Origin: Blastocystis sp. subtype 4
Lineage: Eukaryota
DNA: 64,000 nt
Assembly: GCF_000743755.1 (NCBI RefSeq)
Contig: NW_014569546.1
Span: 62,001-126,000 of the forward strand
Direction of reading: 5' to 3'
The notes under the pieces are model-generated. The model saw only the letters and a list, made by a program, of their open reading frames with translations, was not told the DNA's origin and did no database searches. The position numbers and the translations under genes were made by a program. The first letter of the stretch is position 1. Every line of letters begins with the position of its first letter. Below, in pieces: positions 60,787 through 64,000 of this stretch.

Positions 60787-61691
60787 ATCGGAGATAGTGA
60801 ATTGGACATTTTGTAGTAGGAGTACAGAGGATCGCTAAACAGACTGTACAGACATAAGCAATATCATTTTTGATAGGTTCGCCGTGACAGGAACACATCA
60901 CTTTCATGTTCTCCACTTTCTCTTCCGGAACCAACATACACTTGCGGACGGAGATATCAGGAAGGAAATAATACGAAAACAAACCATAAAGAGACTTCGA
61001 AGATTGAGAACGGATGTACGTACCATTTGTTAGCAATGATATCTTCTTCAAAAATGGATTGTGTTTATCGAAAAGCTGACACACATCGATGGGACACTGT
61101 GTTTTAAAGCAGAAGACATCATTCATCGAATTCATAAAGCTACGAATCGGATTTTCAGTGACGTTCATAATGATAATACGTTTCCTCATACGAGAATCAG
61201 CATAACGATTAACAAGTACGGTAAAGGAAGCATCCCATTAGTGAAAGAAAGGATATAACACATTGTTCGTGATAGACAGGCATCCAATGTTGAAGGAGGT
61301 TGTGGATTGGAGTAAGACATCATTTTCTTGATTCGTGTGATAAGAAACTTACGAACAGCTGGTAGTTGTTGCGAATGCGTCTTTAGGTTGTCGAGAATGT
61401 CATCCTGAATTCGGGGAAAGATGATCTCCCTAGAAAGGATACTGCAAAATACTTCTTTACGGTTGTCCATTACCATAACAAGCAACAATGAGTTGGTTAT
61501 GATGGTTTTGGATAATGAAGGAGTTGATGAAGGCAAAGAATGCCTCTAGGAACTCTTCAAAGCGTATGGGCCGATCAGGATTTGTCCGTTCTCGTAGAAT
61601 CCAAGAATCAACATTGAGATCAACAATGATGGATAGAACAGTTCCTTCAAGTTCTATAGGGAATATCAAGTATACAAAGTATACGTGGCAT
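60787..61691 (-). CDS. GTF2H3: TFIIH subunit Tfb4/p34; stop predicted to be completed by poly(A)
   Basis: vWA-like LSIIVDLN..W, AFINSF..NHHNQLIV and FMNSMNDVF, plus Zn finger CSCH..AYVCTVCLAILC. Contains an AT-AC intron. Confidence 0.88.
61216..61256 (-). other. U12-type AT-AC intron, 41 nt
   Basis: Minus strand ATATCCTTTC...TTCCTTTAC.CGTAC. Removal gives LSRTMC-F-VNRYADSRMRKRII, joining ORFs 61186..61536 and 60740..61189. Confidence 0.9.
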
Positions 61692-61834
61692 CTCAACACA
61701 GATCGAAATGGGTTAGACGAAAACTACTTGAATTCCAGAATTGAGGTCGATTGTCCCACTTCCAGAAATCTTTGGCCTTGATAAGGTAAGAAAACACGAA
61801 GTTGTACTGTAATAATTAATCTGTGTTTATCCCA

Positions 61835-64000
61835 ATGGATCAACGAAAGCAATATGAGTCCTTGTTTCCAGAGTACTCATTTGTCAACTTAGTTGGTCAG
61901 GGATCTTATGGAGATGTCTATTTTTGTATTCGTAAATCAGATAAGAAGAAAGTGGCAATAAAGGTGGTATGTGTCTGTCTCTTTACGTTTTCCATAGATT
62001 CGGAGTGTGAACGATAATATGGATGGAATATCGGTATCTACAATGAGAGAAATAGCATTCATGCGATATTGTCATCATCCTTGTTCTGTTAAACTTCTTG
62101 ATGTATTGCCCCATTTTTGTATCTTTATATAATCCATTTTTTATATTTAGATTCGTCCAACAATATGGAGCAGTTATTCTCTCCCATGGCAATTGTTATG
62201 GATTATATTGAGAATGATCTTATGGGAATCGAACAGTCTTGTAGAGCGGGTTTCGTCCCTTGGCTCTCGATTGATGCCATTCGTTGGATTATGTTTCAGT
62301 TGTTCTCTGTACTTGACTATCTTCATAAACACAATATTATCCATCGCGATATCAAATCAGCTAATCTTCTTCTTACAAAAGATTGTGACCTTAAACTTGG
62401 TGATTTTGGTTTATCTCGAAAAATTGGTAATTATATGATTAGTGAATATACATATCGAGTTGTCACCTTATGGTATCGCTCTCCAGAATTGATTCTTGGT
62501 TGTCGTACATATGGTCCAGAAGTGGATATCTGGTCTGCTGGGTGTATATTAGGAGAATTACTGACTGGGATCACACTATTTCACAATTACAAGAATGATG
62601 ATAGGGAACAGTTGGATGTAATATTTCGTCGTTGTGGATGTCCCACAGACCCCAAACTCTTATCACTAATGAAGTGGGCATTATGAAATAGACTAATGTG
62701 CAGAGAACGTAATGTTGCTGTTCCAGTTCAGTACCAGCGAGAGATGCGTAAGTACGTCTACAATGCATGCAGAAATACGAAAGCAAATGCCCACTACGTT
62801 CTCCCTGACGATGCAGTAGACTTACTGGATAGGATTATGCAAACAACTCCATCAGCACGTCCCACAGCTGCAAAGATCCTTTGTCATCCATTCTTCCGAG
62901 ATCATGAAGAAATGCACTTTGCATTTCCTGTGACAGAAGAAGGAGGAAGTCATGAATTTGAGGTACGAAGTCGAATTCGGCAGATTCAGGTATGATTTAA
63001 GGAGAGTTTGTGACATAGTCTGTGAAGATCAAGGAGGTGATGTTGACACGGCGAAAGAGTGAAATTAACCAGTGGATCTCCCTTCCTGATGTAGTTGATC
63101 TAACCTATGATGTGGAAGAAGAACAAGCTTCCGTATCCAAGCAAGCAGTTTTAGTTGACGAAGGAGTTTCATCAAAGACCGTTTCATCTACAATGGGAGT
63201 TTCATCTGTAATAGAAGTTTCATCTCCAACACAATTACCAACTCCAGATCTGCGTCCGTTGATCAAACAAATGACAACTGAACTCCAGGAATCGACAGAA
63301 CATAGTTCTCATGAGACAAAGAGAAAGAATAAGACGAAGGGACGAAACCGAAGAATCAAACCCCGAGTATGTCGGAAGCGGAAGAAGGAGTCAAGTTCCA
63401 CAGGAATGTTGTATGGTAAGAATGATGAGCTTGTTGGTAGTGAATTGGATGTTCAAAGTGATGATAGGGGTGAGGAATCGAATTCGGAGGATATGGTACC
63501 CAAGCAAAGGAATGAGAAAGAGAAGATAATTCTTCATGAGAAAGATCATTCTAATGAGACAGAAGCAGAAATGCAGAACGAAGCCGTGGAGACAGTGAAG
63601 ACCTCATCTCCTCCCCCTCAAGTCTCTCGACGCAATCGCTCTAAGCCATCACATAAAATACCGGCAGAAGAGGTGACACCTCCATCTAAACCAACCAAAG
63701 AGACGAATCGAGGCGTTACAGTAGTGAATTTGAACAAGAATGGGCAAACGATGGAAGTTGTAGTAGCCAGTGGAAAGAAACGAGCACCAAAGGAGATTGA
63801 ATATTTGTACTCGATGCAGAGTCAGGAACTGGAGGAAAAGGAGAAACGTCGTTTGTTACGGGATGAACATATGAGACGAATTGAGGAAAAACGATACAAA
63901 GCGATGTTAGCTGATGCAGAAAAAGAGAAGAAGAAGAAGGAAAAGAAGGAAAAGAAGGTAAAAAAGGAAAAGACGAAAAGCAGAAGAAAATTAACAGAGA
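61835..64000 (+). CDS. Transcriptional CDK (CDK9/12-like) with long charged C-terminal tail, truncated by the window end
   Basis: Motifs GQGSYGDVY, VAIK, SVSTMRE helix, HRDIKSANLL, DFGLSR and YTYRVVTLWYRSPELILG. Confidence 0.85.

Noticed and set aside
63900..64000. A/G-rich low-complexity end as a repeat element
   Set aside because: It encodes the Lys/Glu-rich tail of the CDK.

Overview
This is eukaryotic nuclear DNA from a very compact, intron-rich protist. The hallmarks point to the stramenopile gut parasite Blastocystis: about 30-nt GT-AG introns, intergenic gaps often under 100 bp, and a TGTTTGTT motif at gene 3' ends. The window holds about 28 protein-coding genes on both strands. They include MIP peptidase, a DHHC palmitoyltransferase, TBL1, a GT31 glycosyltransferase, a giant ARM/HEAT protein, a ROK kinase, DPY30, a RING-H2 ligase, MPDU1, TAF1B/RRN7, a 1500-aa modular surface protein, RAD18, CAP-D3, SNU13, an UNC-93-like transporter, TRAPPC2, RTF2, a PTEK-repeat surface protein, CDS, an RCD1-like protein, a REEP-like protein, an unusual myosin, VDAC, pyruvate carboxylase, a PH-CAMK kinase, AHCY, TFB4 and a CDK. 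Two RNA-processing systems can be read directly from the sequence. (1) In six genes the base 5 nt upstream of the TGTTTGTT-type motif is an in-frame T or TG, so the stop codon (UAA/UGA) would be completed only by polyadenylation. (2) Four ultra-short (34-45 nt) U12-type AT-AC introns are needed to restore reading frames. Both phenomena are already reported for Blastocystis, but the individual instances were derived here by hand. Less familiar observations are a recurrent CCGCGGGAWWT element found mostly in introns and intergenic DNA, a GYF_2-WH2-WW-motor-MyTH4-SH3 myosin, a kinase with bacterial-SH3-like repeats, and candidate laterally acquired genes. Gene spans include introns and were inferred manually. 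No rRNA, tRNA, CRISPR array or mobile element was recognised.
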